A stretch of DNA of 64,000 nucleotides. It comes from an uncultured Polaribacter sp. Lineage in GTDB: Bacteria > Bacteroidota > Bacteroidia > Flavobacteriales > Flavobacteriaceae. Position 1 is the stretch's first letter. The number at the start of each line of letters is the position of its first letter. A model generated the notes under the pieces. That model had not been told where the DNA came from. It ran no database searches and saw only the letters and a program-made list of their open reading frames with translations. This document shows positions 1-9,217 of this stretch, piece after piece. The stretch covers positions 32,149-96,148 of the forward strand of contig CAXBPL010000002.1 in the NCBI GenBank assembly GCA_963977615.1. The letters run 5' to 3'. The position numbers and the translations under genes were made by a program.

Positions 1-1
1 T

Positions 2-2119
2 TCATTTCCAGGAACTGGTTACTCATATCAAGTACAAATGTTTGATGTAAATGATGGTTATGAAAACTTAGTCTCTGATAATTATACAGGAATCACTGTA
101 GAATCTATGCCATCTGTTGGAGAACGAATTTCTCCTGGAGCAAATTGGAAATATTATGATGCAGGGAATGAACCAACAGGTAATTGGAAAACACTTGGTT
201 TTGATGATAGTATTTGGAGTGCTGGAAATGCAGAGTTAGGTTATGGAGATGGAGATGAAACTACTACAATAAGCAATGGTGCTCAAACAGCTTATTTTAG
301 AACTTCTTTTAACGCTTCTACAGATGATGTTGCCTTAAAATTTATTGACATGAGTGCTGTAAGAGATGATGGAATGGTTGTGTATTTAAATGGAACAGAA
401 GTTTGGAGAGATAACATGCCAAGTGGAAATTTAAATTACGGAACGCTTGCATCAACTGTATCTACAGAAGGTATTTGGATCAATAAAATTATATCAAATC
501 TTGTAGTGGAAGGAACCAATGTTGTGGCTGTAGAAGTGCATCAAGTTTCAGCTGGGAGTTCAGATATTAGTTTTAATTTTCGTTTAGAGGTAAGAAATGA
601 AGTACAAGCAAAATTGGTAAGAAAACCTTATTTGCAAAAAGGAACACCAAATGCTGTAACCTTAAAATATAGAACAAATACAAATACAGAAACTATTGTA
701 AATTACGGAACATCTTTAGGCGCTTTAAATAGCACAGTTTCTAATCTTACACCAATTGCAAACCATGAAATTGAGTTAACAGGTTTGTTGCCAAACACAA
801 CTTATTTTTACGAAATAGCAAACACTGCTGGTGTTTTTATTCCAGAATCTAGTGACATGAGTTTTAAAACTGCACCAACAGTTGGTACAGACCAATTTGT
901 AAGAGCTTGGATTTTAGGGGATGCTGGAACAGCAAATCAAAATCAAAAAAATGTTCGTGATAAATATTACGATTATGTAGCAAATGCAACCAAAAATCCT
1001 AATCAAACAGATATGATGTTATTTTTAGGAGATAATGCTTATAATGATGGTTTAGATATTGAGTATCAAAAAGGATTGTTTGATATTTATGATGATCAAT
1101 TACAAAAAACGGTAGCTTGGTCTACATTAGGGAATCATGATGGTTATTCTGCAAATTCAGTTTCACAAACTGGCCCTTATTATGATATATTTTCATTTCC
1201 AACAGCAGCAGAATCTGGTGGTTTAGCCTCTGGTACAGAAGCATATTATTCTTTTGATTATGCAAATATTCATTTTATAGTTTTAGAATCTTACACGTTA
1301 GATGATAATGCAGCACAAATTGCTTGGTGTAAACAAGATATTCAAAATACCAACCAAGATTGGATTGTTGCCTTGTATCATCACCCAAGTTATACAAAAG
1401 GTTCTCATGATTCAGATTTAGAGAGTAACTCACTAAATATGAGAAAAAACTTTATGCCTATTTTAGAAGAAAATGGCGTTGATTTAATTTTAAGTGGTCA
1501 CTCACATTCTTATGAAAGATCTTATTTTGTAAATGGTCATTATGGTAAATCTGATACTTTTGATATGAATGCGCATACTGTTGGTGCAAATGGAAAATTA
1601 TCTGGAAAAGCAGATACTTCTGATGGTGCTTATATGAAAACTGATACTCAGAATTCAGGAGCAGTTTATATAACAACTGGTTCTGCAGGTAAAATTTCTG
1701 GAGGTAGTTTAGATCATAATGCAATGTTTGCCTCTTTAAACGAGTTAGGATCCTGTGTTCTAGAAATTGAAAGTGATGGTGGAACAGGTCAGAATTTAAA
1801 CTTGAAGTTTATAAATGATAATGGCTCAATTTCAGATCATTTTACTATAAACAAATCTGGAGTTACACTTTCTGCGCAAACAAATTCTTTAAATAGTAAT
1901 GATACAATTGCATATCCAGTTCCTGTAAAAGGATTTTTAAATATTAAAGTTAGCGATAATCAGTTATTGAAAGAAGTGAAAATTTACAACACTGTTGGGA
2001 AACTTTTAAAGACAACAACGAATAGTAAAATAAATGTTAGTTCGCTTAAAAGTGGTGCTTATTTAGTAAAAATTATTACAGATAAAGGTGATAGTTATAA
2101 AAATATTGTAATTGAATAA
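2..2119 (+). CDS. Purple acid phosphatase-family metallophosphoesterase with galactose-binding-like and FN3-like domains and a T9SS C-terminal domain; 5'-truncated by the window edge
   Basis: Metallophosphoesterase motifs GDAG, LFLGDNAY, GNHD, YHHP, GHSHSYER; CTD YPVPV...LKSGAYLVKI. The frame is open from base 2 (SFPGTGYSYQVQ-M), so the M at 38 is internal. Confidence 0.88.
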   Translation, partial: SFPGTGYSYQVQMFDVNDGYENLVSDNYTGITVESMPSVGERISPGANWKYYDAGNEPTGNWKTLGFDDSIWSAGNAELGYGDGDETTTISNGAQTAYFRTSFNASTDDVALKFIDMSAVRDDGMVVYLNGTEVWRDNMPSGNLNYGTLASTVSTEGIWINKIISNLVVEGTNVVAVEVHQVSAGSSDISFNFRLEVRNEVQAKLVRKPYLQKGTPNAVTLKYRTNTNTETIVNYGTSLGALNSTVSNLTPIANHEIELTGLLPNTTYFYEIANTAGVFIPESSDMSFKTAPTVGTDQFVRAWILGDAGTANQNQKNVRDKYYDYVANATKNPNQTDMMLFLGDNAYNDGLDIEYQKGLFDIYDDQLQKTVAWSTLGNHDGYSANSVSQTGPYYDIFSFPTAAESGGLASGTEAYYSFDYANIHFIVLESYTLDDNAAQIAWCKQDIQNTNQDWIVALYHHPSYTKGSHDSDLESNSLNMRKNFMPILEENGVDLILSGHSHSYERSYFVNGHYGKSDTFDMNAHTVGANGKLSGKADTSDGAYMKTDTQNSGAVYITTGSAGKISGGSLDHNAMFASLNELGSCVLEIESDGGTGQNLNLKFINDNGSISDHFTINKSGVTLSAQTNSLNSNDTIAYPVPVKGFLNIKVSDNQLLKEVKIYNTVGKLLKTTTNSKINVSSLKSGAYLVKIITDKGDSYKNIVIE

Positions 2120-2130
2120 GTATTGATAGC

Positions 2131-2160
2131 ATAGATTTAGAATGATCATTCTAAATCTAT
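2131..2160. repeat. Perfect 30-bp palindrome
   Basis: ATAGATTTAGAATGATCATTCTAAATCTAT equals its own reverse complement. Confidence 0.85.
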
Positions 2161-2170
2161 ATAAAGTTTT

Positions 2171-2214
2171 AAAATCAGTCTACAAAAATTTAAAATTTGT
2201 AGACTGATTTTTTT
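2171..2214 (+). terminator. Intrinsic terminator after the phosphatase
   Basis: Stem aaaatcagtctacaaa / tttgtagactgatttt followed by a T-run. Confidence 0.8.
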
Positions 2215-2380
2215 ATGTAAAAACATATTTTAAGCAAAACATTTATTTTATCATATAGAAACACAATTATTTTTTAATTATCGGTCTGAACTTGTCGAAG
2301 ATTGAATGAGAATTATTATTGATCGATTAAACACTTTATAAACCTCGTAAGTTATTGTTATAGAGTTAAATATTTAATGT

Positions 2381-2519
2381 ATCGCCTTTCTAAGGCTTAA
2401 CTTAATTTTGAGATAATTTTTTATTAATATTTCATCCCTTTGGGATTTTTAGCTCTATAAGAGCGAAATATTAATAGAAGAATTGCAAAAATAATGTGAA
2501 GCTCCATAGGAGCGAAATT
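2381..2519. repeat. Degenerate REP/REPIN-like cluster of four short hairpins, two in each orientation
   Basis: agctctataagagcgaaat (2451) and agctccataggagcgaaat (2500) on +; atttcatccctttgggat and atcgcctttctaaggct in the opposite orientation; inverted repeat tattaatatttc (2422-2433) / gaaatattaata (2465-2476). Confidence 0.55.
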
Positions 2520-2641
2520 TAATTTAACAATAGTAATTGTGAATTATAAACTCCATTCTTTTACAAACTAAAACACATTAAATTTCCACGTTATTTGATC
2601 AATATTTTAGATTCAAATTATTATATCTGGTTGATAAATAC

Positions 2642-2680
2642 AAAAAAAAACCTCATAGTTTTTAATAACTTATGAGGTTT
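2642..2680 (-). terminator. Intrinsic terminator for the GH3 gene
   Basis: Stem aaacctcata...tatgaggttt preceded by an A-run (U-tract on the minus strand). Confidence 0.7.
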
Positions 2681-2719
2681 CTATTTTTAAATTGATGTAA
2701 ACAAACGCGACAAAATAGA

Positions 2720-5074
2720 TTACTCTATGATAATCGTTTTTCTCAATCTAATATCTTCAGAAGAACTTCCAATCATAATTTCAAATTCTCCTGGCTCTAC
2801 AACATAATTCATGTCTTTATCCCATAAACCAAATTCACTAATAGGAATAGAGAAATTAAGCGTGGTTGTTTCAGACGGATTTATGGATACTTTTTTAAAC
2901 TCTTTTAAAACTTTTACACGTGTAGTAATGGAACTTATTTTATCATTAAAATAAACTTGAACAACCTCTTTCCCTGTCATTTTTCCAGTGTTTTTAACTT
3001 TCACAGAAATTTTCAGTTCGCCATTCATGTCTAATTTTGTGTTTTCTACTTGCAAATCAGTATATTCAAATTGTGTATAACTCAAACCATGACCAAAAGG
3101 AAATAAAGCATCTGGAGAAGAAAAAACATAATCTCTTCCTGGTTTTTCTGGAGTTCCTGGGTTTCTATAAAAACCTCTTCCAGAAGGTTTATGGTTGTAA
3201 AAAACTGGAACATGACCAACACTTTTTGGCACACTCACAGTTAATTTTCCTGAAGGATTAACATCGCCAAATAAAACTTTTGCAACAGCATTTCCTCCTT
3301 GTTCTCCTGGATACCAAGCTTCCACAATTGCTGGGATGTTTTCTTTTTCCCAAGCAATAGAATACGCTCTTCCATGCACCATTACTAATACAATTGGTTT
3401 TCCTGTTTTGTAAATTGCTTCTATTAACTCTGGCTGAACTCCTGGAGGTGTTAATTCTGCTCTATCAAAACCTTCACCAGAAGTTGGGTAATCTCCAGGA
3501 ATATCTTTTCCCCAACCAATTCCAGATAACACACTACTTGTACCTCCAATTACTAAAACAACAACATCACTCTTTTCTGCAGCAGCAACAGCAGCAGGAA
3601 TATTACTTGTATCACTACCAGTAATTTCTGTTCCTTTTGCATAGTTTATTTCAAAATTATTTTTTGCGTATTTTTTAATTCCGTCTAAAATAGTTACTCC
3701 AGAAGCGTTATCTTTTGTGTAGCTATAATCTCCATATTGTACTTGATCTGCATTTGGACCAATCACTGCAATCGATTTTAATTTTGATGCGTTTAAAGGA
3801 AGTTGATTATTGTCATTTTTAAGTAAAATAATAGATTCTTCTGCAATTTCTCTAGTTAAGTTTATTGCTTTTTCAGTGTGAATTAAACTTGCAACACTTT
3901 TAGGTGCTTTGTATGGTTTATCAAATAAACCCGTTTTAAATTTAACCGTTAAAATATTTCTTACAGCTTGGTTTATTAATTCAACATCAACTCTACCAGA
4001 TTTTACAAGATTAGGCAATTGCGAAAAAGCAAAACTTTTTGGAGCTTCTAAATCTACACCAGCTTCTAAAGCCATAATTGCAGTATCTTCAGCATTTTTA
4101 GTAACTTTATGAAAGTAATTTAGCATCGTAATTGCATCATAATCAGAAAAAACATAGCCATTAAAACCTAATTCTTTTCTTAAAACATCTTTCATTAAAT
4201 AAGTGTTCGCATGCATTGGTATTCCATTTACCTCATTATAAGCTGGCATAACAGAATAAATATTTGCTTCTTGAATTACCTTTTTAAAAGGATATAAATG
4301 CAAGTCTCTTAATTCTCTTGGACCTAAATTATTTGGACCTAAATTAATACCAGCAAAAGGAACACTGTAAGCAACATAATGTTTTGCAGTACTCATTAAT
4401 TTACCTTCTGGAATATGTGTTTTTGTTAATTCAGGATCTCCTTGCATACCAATTACAAAAGCTTTACCCATTTCTGCAACCAAAAAAGGATCTTCTCCAA
4501 AAGACTCTTCTGCTCTTCCAAATCTTGGGTCTCTAGCTAAATCAAAAATAGGAGACAAGGCTTGATCTACACCAGAAAGACTAGCTTCTTCAGCAATTGT
4601 TGCACCCATTTTTTCAATTAATTCAGGATTCCAAGTACTTCCTTGCCCAATAGTTTGTGGAAAAATGGTAGCTCCAAAAGCTAATTGTCCATGCAAACAT
4701 TCTGCAATTTGAATGGCAGGAATTCCCAATCTTGTATTGTTTCGTAAATAAGTATCTGCAGCTTCAGAAAATCTAGAAATTTCATCTACACCAATAAAAG
4801 GGCTTTCTAAAGTACCAATACTTCCACCTTTAAATAAAGAGTCTAAAGTATGTTGCGTAACCTTCCCTTTTTTATCAAATTTTAAATGTTTTAGACTTAA
4901 CATATTCATTTGAGCAATTTTTTCATCAAGTGTCATTCTTTCTAAAAGATCATTTACACGTGCTTCTACAGGTAAATTACTATTCTTATAAGGTAGTATT
5001 TCTTTTTTTGTTTTTTGTGCGCTACAAGATGTAAACATTAATAAGGATACTACTGCTGTAATTACAAATTTCAT
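2720..5074 (-). CDS. Glycoside hydrolase family 3 lipoprotein (beta-xylosidase/arabinosidase/beta-glucosidase-like)
   Basis: Lipobox LMFTSC; ECLHG, RDPRFGRAEESFGED, KHY, nucleophile VFSDY, AWYPGEQGG, LFPFGHGLSYT and FN3-like C-terminus. Confidence 0.93.
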   Translation of the reverse strand: MKFVITAVVSLLMFTSCSAQKTKKEILPYKNSNLPVEARVNDLLERMTLDEKIAQMNMLSLKHLKFDKKGKVTQHTLDSLFKGGSIGTLESPFIGVDEISRFSEAADTYLRNNTRLGIPAIQIAECLHGQLAFGATIFPQTIGQGSTWNPELIEKMGATIAEEASLSGVDQALSPIFDLARDPRFGRAEESFGEDPFLVAEMGKAFVIGMQGDPELTKTHIPEGKLMSTAKHYVAYSVPFAGINLGPNNLGPRELRDLHLYPFKKVIQEANIYSVMPAYNEVNGIPMHANTYLMKDVLRKELGFNGYVFSDYDAITMLNYFHKVTKNAEDTAIMALEAGVDLEAPKSFAFSQLPNLVKSGRVDVELINQAVRNILTVKFKTGLFDKPYKAPKSVASLIHTEKAINLTREIAEESIILLKNDNNQLPLNASKLKSIAVIGPNADQVQYGDYSYTKDNASGVTILDGIKKYAKNNFEINYAKGTEITGSDTSNIPAAVAAAEKSDVVVLVIGGTSSVLSGIGWGKDIPGDYPTSGEGFDRAELTPPGVQPELIEAIYKTGKPIVLVMVHGRAYSIAWEKENIPAIVEAWYPGEQGGNAVAKVLFGDVNPSGKLTVSVPKSVGHVPVFYNHKPSGRGFYRNPGTPEKPGRDYVFSSPDALFPFGHGLSYTQFEYTDLQVENTKLDMNGELKISVKVKNTGKMTGKEVVQVYFNDKISSITTRVKVLKEFKKVSINPSETTTLNFSIPISEFGLWDKDMNYVVEPGEFEIMIGSSSEDIRLRKTIIIE

Positions 5075-5147
5075 ACGGTTTATGTGTTTTAGAATTTAGT
5101 TGATGATCACTTTAAAAGTTAATTAACATTCAAATTAAAGGTTAAAA

Positions 5148-5177
5148 TTTATAAAGTGTAAAAAATACACTATATTT
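5148..5177. promoter_or_regulatory. AraR/NrtR-type operator, copy 1, in the GH3/GH2 divergent region
   Basis: AGTGT-aaaaaat-ACACT within the 30-bp block tttataaagtgtaaaaaatacactatattt; overlaps a TATATTTG (-7-type element) at 5171-5178. Confidence 0.75.
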
Positions 5178-5251
5178 GGTAAATATAAGAAAAATAGAAA
5201 AACAGAAACATTTATTAAGATTTGTTTTTTTATTAGATTTTTATTCTTAAT

Positions 5252-5281
5252 TTTATAAAGTGTAAAAAATACACTATATTT
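5252..5281. promoter_or_regulatory. AraR/NrtR-type operator, copy 2 (exact duplicate of copy 1)
   Basis: Identical 30-bp block 104 bp downstream of copy 1. Confidence 0.75.
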
Positions 5282-5335
5282 TCATAAGATTAAAAAAAGT
5301 ATTTTTTACGGATTCAAAAAAACTTTACCAATATA

Positions 5336-8300
5336 ATGATTAACTTCAATAGAATTTTCCCTGTCTATCTTGTTTGTTTTTACTTTTTGAGCAACGTTGC
5401 TTTTGGGCAATCTCAAAATGATTGGGAGAATCCTACTGTATTCCAAATAAATCAAGTATTGCCTCATGCCAATTTAATGCCTTTTAATTCAGTAAAAGAG
5501 GCTATTAAATTGGATAAAAAAGCGTCACCAAATTTTTTAAGTCTAAATGGAACTTGGGAATTTAATTTTTCTGAAAATTTAGAAAAAGCTCCAAAAGAAT
5601 TTTATCAAGATAATTATAATCGTAAAAATTGGAATTCAATAAAAGTACCTTCCAATTGGGAAATGCAAGGTTTTGGAGCTGCAAAATTTAGAAACATTGG
5701 GCAACCTTATAATTCAAAACCACCTTTAGTTCCTAAAGAATACAATCCAACAGGTTCTTATTACAGAACTTTTAAAGTGGATAAAAATTGGAAACAGAAA
5801 AAACATTTTTTACATTTTGAAGGCGTGCAATCTGCATCTTATGTATGGATTAATGGCGTAAAAGTTGGCTACAACCAAGGTGCTTTTGAACCTGCTGAAT
5901 ATGATATTACACCATATTTAAAAAACGGCAAAAATAGCATTGCTGTAAAAGTGTTGCATTATAGTGATGGTTCTTATTTAGAAGATCAAGACACTTGGAG
6001 ATTAGCAGGTATATTTAGAGATGTTTATATAAGATCTACACCAAAAAAATACATTCATGATTTTTATGTAACTACAGATTTAGATGAAAATTATAAAAAT
6101 GCAATCCTACATATAGAGGCTTTTGTAAATCAAGAAAGTCAAGGAAATTACAACGTAAAAGCAACGTTGTTAGATGCCAATCAAAAACAAATTCTAAAGG
6201 AAACACTTTCATCAACAGAAAAAAACGTTTTAAATAATAAGTTTGATAAAGTTTCGGATTCATTTACAGTAGAAAATCCTAAAAAATGGTCTGCTGAACA
6301 TCCAAATTTATATACGTTAGTTTTAGAATTGTTAGATGATAACAATAAAGTTACTCAAGTTTTTAGTCATAAAATAGGTTTTAGAGAGGTTGAAGTAAAA
6401 AATAAAGCCATTTATGTAAATGGAATGCCTGTAAAATTCAATGCAGTTAATAGCCATATGATGCATCCAAAAACGGGACATGCTATGGATGTTGAAACGA
6501 TGAGAAAAGACTTGATTATTATGAAACAGTTTAATGTAAATGCTGTTAGAACAAGTCATTATCCACCAAATGTTGAGTATTTGGAGTTAGCTGATGAATT
6601 AGGAATGTATATTATTGATGAAGTTGGAGATGAAGCACATAGCAATATCCATTTATCAAGTCAGCAAGAATGGAAAGAACAGTATTTAGATAGAATGCGA
6701 AAGTTGGTGTATAGAGATAGAAACCATGCTTCTATTGTAATTTGGAGTGCAGGAAATGAAAGTGGTCCTGGAGATAATATTTGTGCTTTAATTGCTGAAG
6801 GAAAAAAAATAGATCCTAGCAGACCAGCTTGGATGTATGGAGGAAATAGTGATGAAGATCCAAAAACAAACCCAATAAAATGTGAAGATATTGTTGGACC
6901 AAGATATGTAACGCCTTTTATGTTAGAAAAACGTTTTGGGTTAGCAGAAGACCCAAGACCTTCTTTTATGGATGAATATTTATCGGTTGCTGGAAATGCT
7001 TTGGGTGGTTTAGATGAATATTGGGATGTGATTTACAAATATCCACGTTTAACAGGTGGTGCAGTTTGGGATTGGGTAAGTCCTGGAATTGATGCAACTT
7101 GGCTAACAACACCAGATTTTTCTGCGAATAATATTTCTGCAGCACTCATAAATAATGCACAATTAAAAGAAGGTAAATTCGGAAAAGCCTTGTATTTGAG
7201 TGGTCATGATGATTGGTTGGAAGTTTATAGACATAAAGCTCTAGACATTGCAGATGATAAACTAACCTTGTCTTTTTGGGTAAAACCAGAAAAATATAAT
7301 GATGATGCTTATTTTATCACAAAAGGAAATTATCAATATGGAATAAAACAAAGTAGTGCTACAAAATTACAGTTTTATGTACATACTGTAAATGGAAAAA
7401 TAGCGCAAAAACAGACTTTAGAAGCAAATCTTCCAGAAAATTGGCTTGGAAATTGGCATCAAGTTTCAGGAACTTATGATGGTAAAAATCTAATTCTTTA
7501 CATCAATGGAAAACAAGTAGCGTCAAAAGCAGTTTCTGGAACTATCATCAATGGACCTTATGCAGTAAATATTGGGAAATCAGCAGAAATTATCGATAAC
7601 CATTTAGGCTATTTAACACATACCACAATCGATAATATTAGAATTTTTAACGAAGTTGTTTCAATTGATGATTTAAAAAATAATACTGATTTGAAAAAAT
7701 CGGCAGCTTTATGGTTAGATTTTGAGTCTGTAAAAGATGAATCTCATTACTATTCTCTTGGTTTACCAGGAAGAACTTATGGTTTAGTTTGGCCAGACAG
7801 AAGTATTCAACCAGAATTATGGCAGTTGAAAAAATCGCCACAATTGGTAGGATTTAAAGTGCAAGATTTAGCAAAAGGAGAATTAGAAATTTTCAATCGC
7901 TTTCCGTTTACAAATTTAAGTGATTTTAATGCGACTTGGTCTTTATTAGCCAATGGAGAAAAAATAGAATCAGGAAACTTAAAGATCGATTTAGATCCTT
8001 TAGAAAGGAAAAATGTAACAATTCCTTATCAAACAAAAAACTTTAAAGAAGAAACACATTATGTTTTAATGATGAGTTTTACTCTTGCTGATGATACAAA
8101 TTGGGCAAAAAAAGGGCACGAAATTGCTTGGGAACAATTTGAGTTTCCATTCATCAAAAAGAAAGAAGAAGAAAAAAGTAGTAACGGAATTACTGTTGAT
8201 GAAAATACGGAAAATATTATTTTTAAAGGAACAGATTTTACATACACTTTCAGTAAAAATGATGGTTTACTTACTTCATTAATTTACAAAGAGAAAGAGT

Positions 8301-9097
8301 TTTTAAAACAAGGACCAAAATTTAATATTTGGAGAGCGCCATTAGCAAACGAATTAGATGCTTGGGGAACTTTTGCCACTAAAATTGGCCATGAAAAAGA
8401 TGGAATGGGGCATAATATTGCCAATGGTTGGTATGCTTTAGGTTTAGATAATATGGAACACAAAGTGAAAACTGTGAATATTATTAAAAAGGAAAACCAA
8501 GTAGGTTTAAATATCGTAACTCTTGTTACAAGCAATAATGCAGCAACTGGTTTTTTGAATGAATTTGAATATATAATTGCCGAAAATGGAGAAATTGAAT
8601 TGAAAACAACCTCATCCAGCAATGGCGAATTTACACATTGGCTTCCTAAAATAGGTTTGCAATTGCAACTGCCAAATAGTTTTCAGAATATAAATTGGTA
8701 TGGAAGAGGTCCTTACGAAACCTATCCTGATAGAAAAACTGGCGCTAAATTTGGTCATTATAAAACTACTGTAAAAGAAGATTATGTGCCTTATATAATT
8801 CCACAAGATTATGGGAACAAAACAGATGTATATTCAATGTCTATTTCTGATGATCATGGATTTGGATTATTAATAAAAGGAGATCAAACCTTTAATACAA
8901 GTGCACAATTGTTTGATACAGATAATATGACAAGATCTTATTATAAAAATCAACTTAAAAAAGTAGATTTTGTGACATTAAATTTAGATCATAAAATGTC
9001 TGGAGTTGGAGGTACAGCAATATCAATATTAAATAAATATCGAGTTTTACCAAAAGAATATACATTCACATTTTATATAAAACCATTCAAAAATTAA
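5336..9097 (+). CDS. Glycoside hydrolase family 2 (LacZ-type beta-galactosidase-like) with an inserted LamG domain
   Basis: DWENP, HFEGVQSA, NAVRTSHYP, WSAGNES (acid/base), FMDEY (nucleophile), GGAVWDW, WYGRGPYETYPDRK; LamG-like segment (LSFWVKP, WHQVSGTYDG, LYING). Confidence 0.93.
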   Translation: MINFNRIFPVYLVCFYFLSNVAFGQSQNDWENPTVFQINQVLPHANLMPFNSVKEAIKLDKKASPNFLSLNGTWEFNFSENLEKAPKEFYQDNYNRKNWNSIKVPSNWEMQGFGAAKFRNIGQPYNSKPPLVPKEYNPTGSYYRTFKVDKNWKQKKHFLHFEGVQSASYVWINGVKVGYNQGAFEPAEYDITPYLKNGKNSIAVKVLHYSDGSYLEDQDTWRLAGIFRDVYIRSTPKKYIHDFYVTTDLDENYKNAILHIEAFVNQESQGNYNVKATLLDANQKQILKETLSSTEKNVLNNKFDKVSDSFTVENPKKWSAEHPNLYTLVLELLDDNNKVTQVFSHKIGFREVEVKNKAIYVNGMPVKFNAVNSHMMHPKTGHAMDVETMRKDLIIMKQFNVNAVRTSHYPPNVEYLELADELGMYIIDEVGDEAHSNIHLSSQQEWKEQYLDRMRKLVYRDRNHASIVIWSAGNESGPGDNICALIAEGKKIDPSRPAWMYGGNSDEDPKTNPIKCEDIVGPRYVTPFMLEKRFGLAEDPRPSFMDEYLSVAGNALGGLDEYWDVIYKYPRLTGGAVWDWVSPGIDATWLTTPDFSANNISAALINNAQLKEGKFGKALYLSGHDDWLEVYRHKALDIADDKLTLSFWVKPEKYNDDAYFITKGNYQYGIKQSSATKLQFYVHTVNGKIAQKQTLEANLPENWLGNWHQVSGTYDGKNLILYINGKQVASKAVSGTIINGPYAVNIGKSAEIIDNHLGYLTHTTIDNIRIFNEVVSIDDLKNNTDLKKSAALWLDFESVKDESHYYSLGLPGRTYGLVWPDRSIQPELWQLKKSPQLVGFKVQDLAKGELEIFNRFPFTNLSDFNATWSLLANGEKIESGNLKIDLDPLERKNVTIPYQTKNFKEETHYVLMMSFTLADDTNWAKKGHEIAWEQFEFPFIKKKEEEKSSNGITVDENTENIIFKGTDFTYTFSKNDGLLTSLIYKEKEFLKQGPKFNIWRAPLANELDAWGTFATKIGHEKDGMGHNIANGWYALGLDNMEHKVKTVNIIKKENQVGLNIVTLVTSNNAATGFLNEFEYIIAENGEIELKTTSSSNGEFTHWLPKIGLQLQLPNSFQNINWYGRGPYETYPDRKTGAKFGHYKTTVKEDYVPYIIPQDYGNKTDVYSMSISDDHGFGLLIKGDQTFNTSAQLFDTDNMTRSYYKNQLKKVDFVTLNLDHKMSGVGGTAISILNKYRVLPKEYTFTFYIKPFKN

Positions 9098-9217
9098 CAA
9101 TATTATTTTTAATAAAAACAACATTTAAGAAACTAAAATATTCGCTTATGATAAAATAAACCATTAGTATAAAAAATTAATATTCACACAATAAATTATT
9201 AAATAAAAACAAACATT

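Noticed and set aside
38-40. ATG at 38 as the phosphatase start
   Set aside because: The frame is open to the window edge, there is no signal peptide after this Met, and the upstream residues continue a repeat module.
2381-5281. Short repeats as a possible CRISPR array
   Set aside because: Only two copies or degenerate hairpins, no regular repeat-spacer series and no cas genes.
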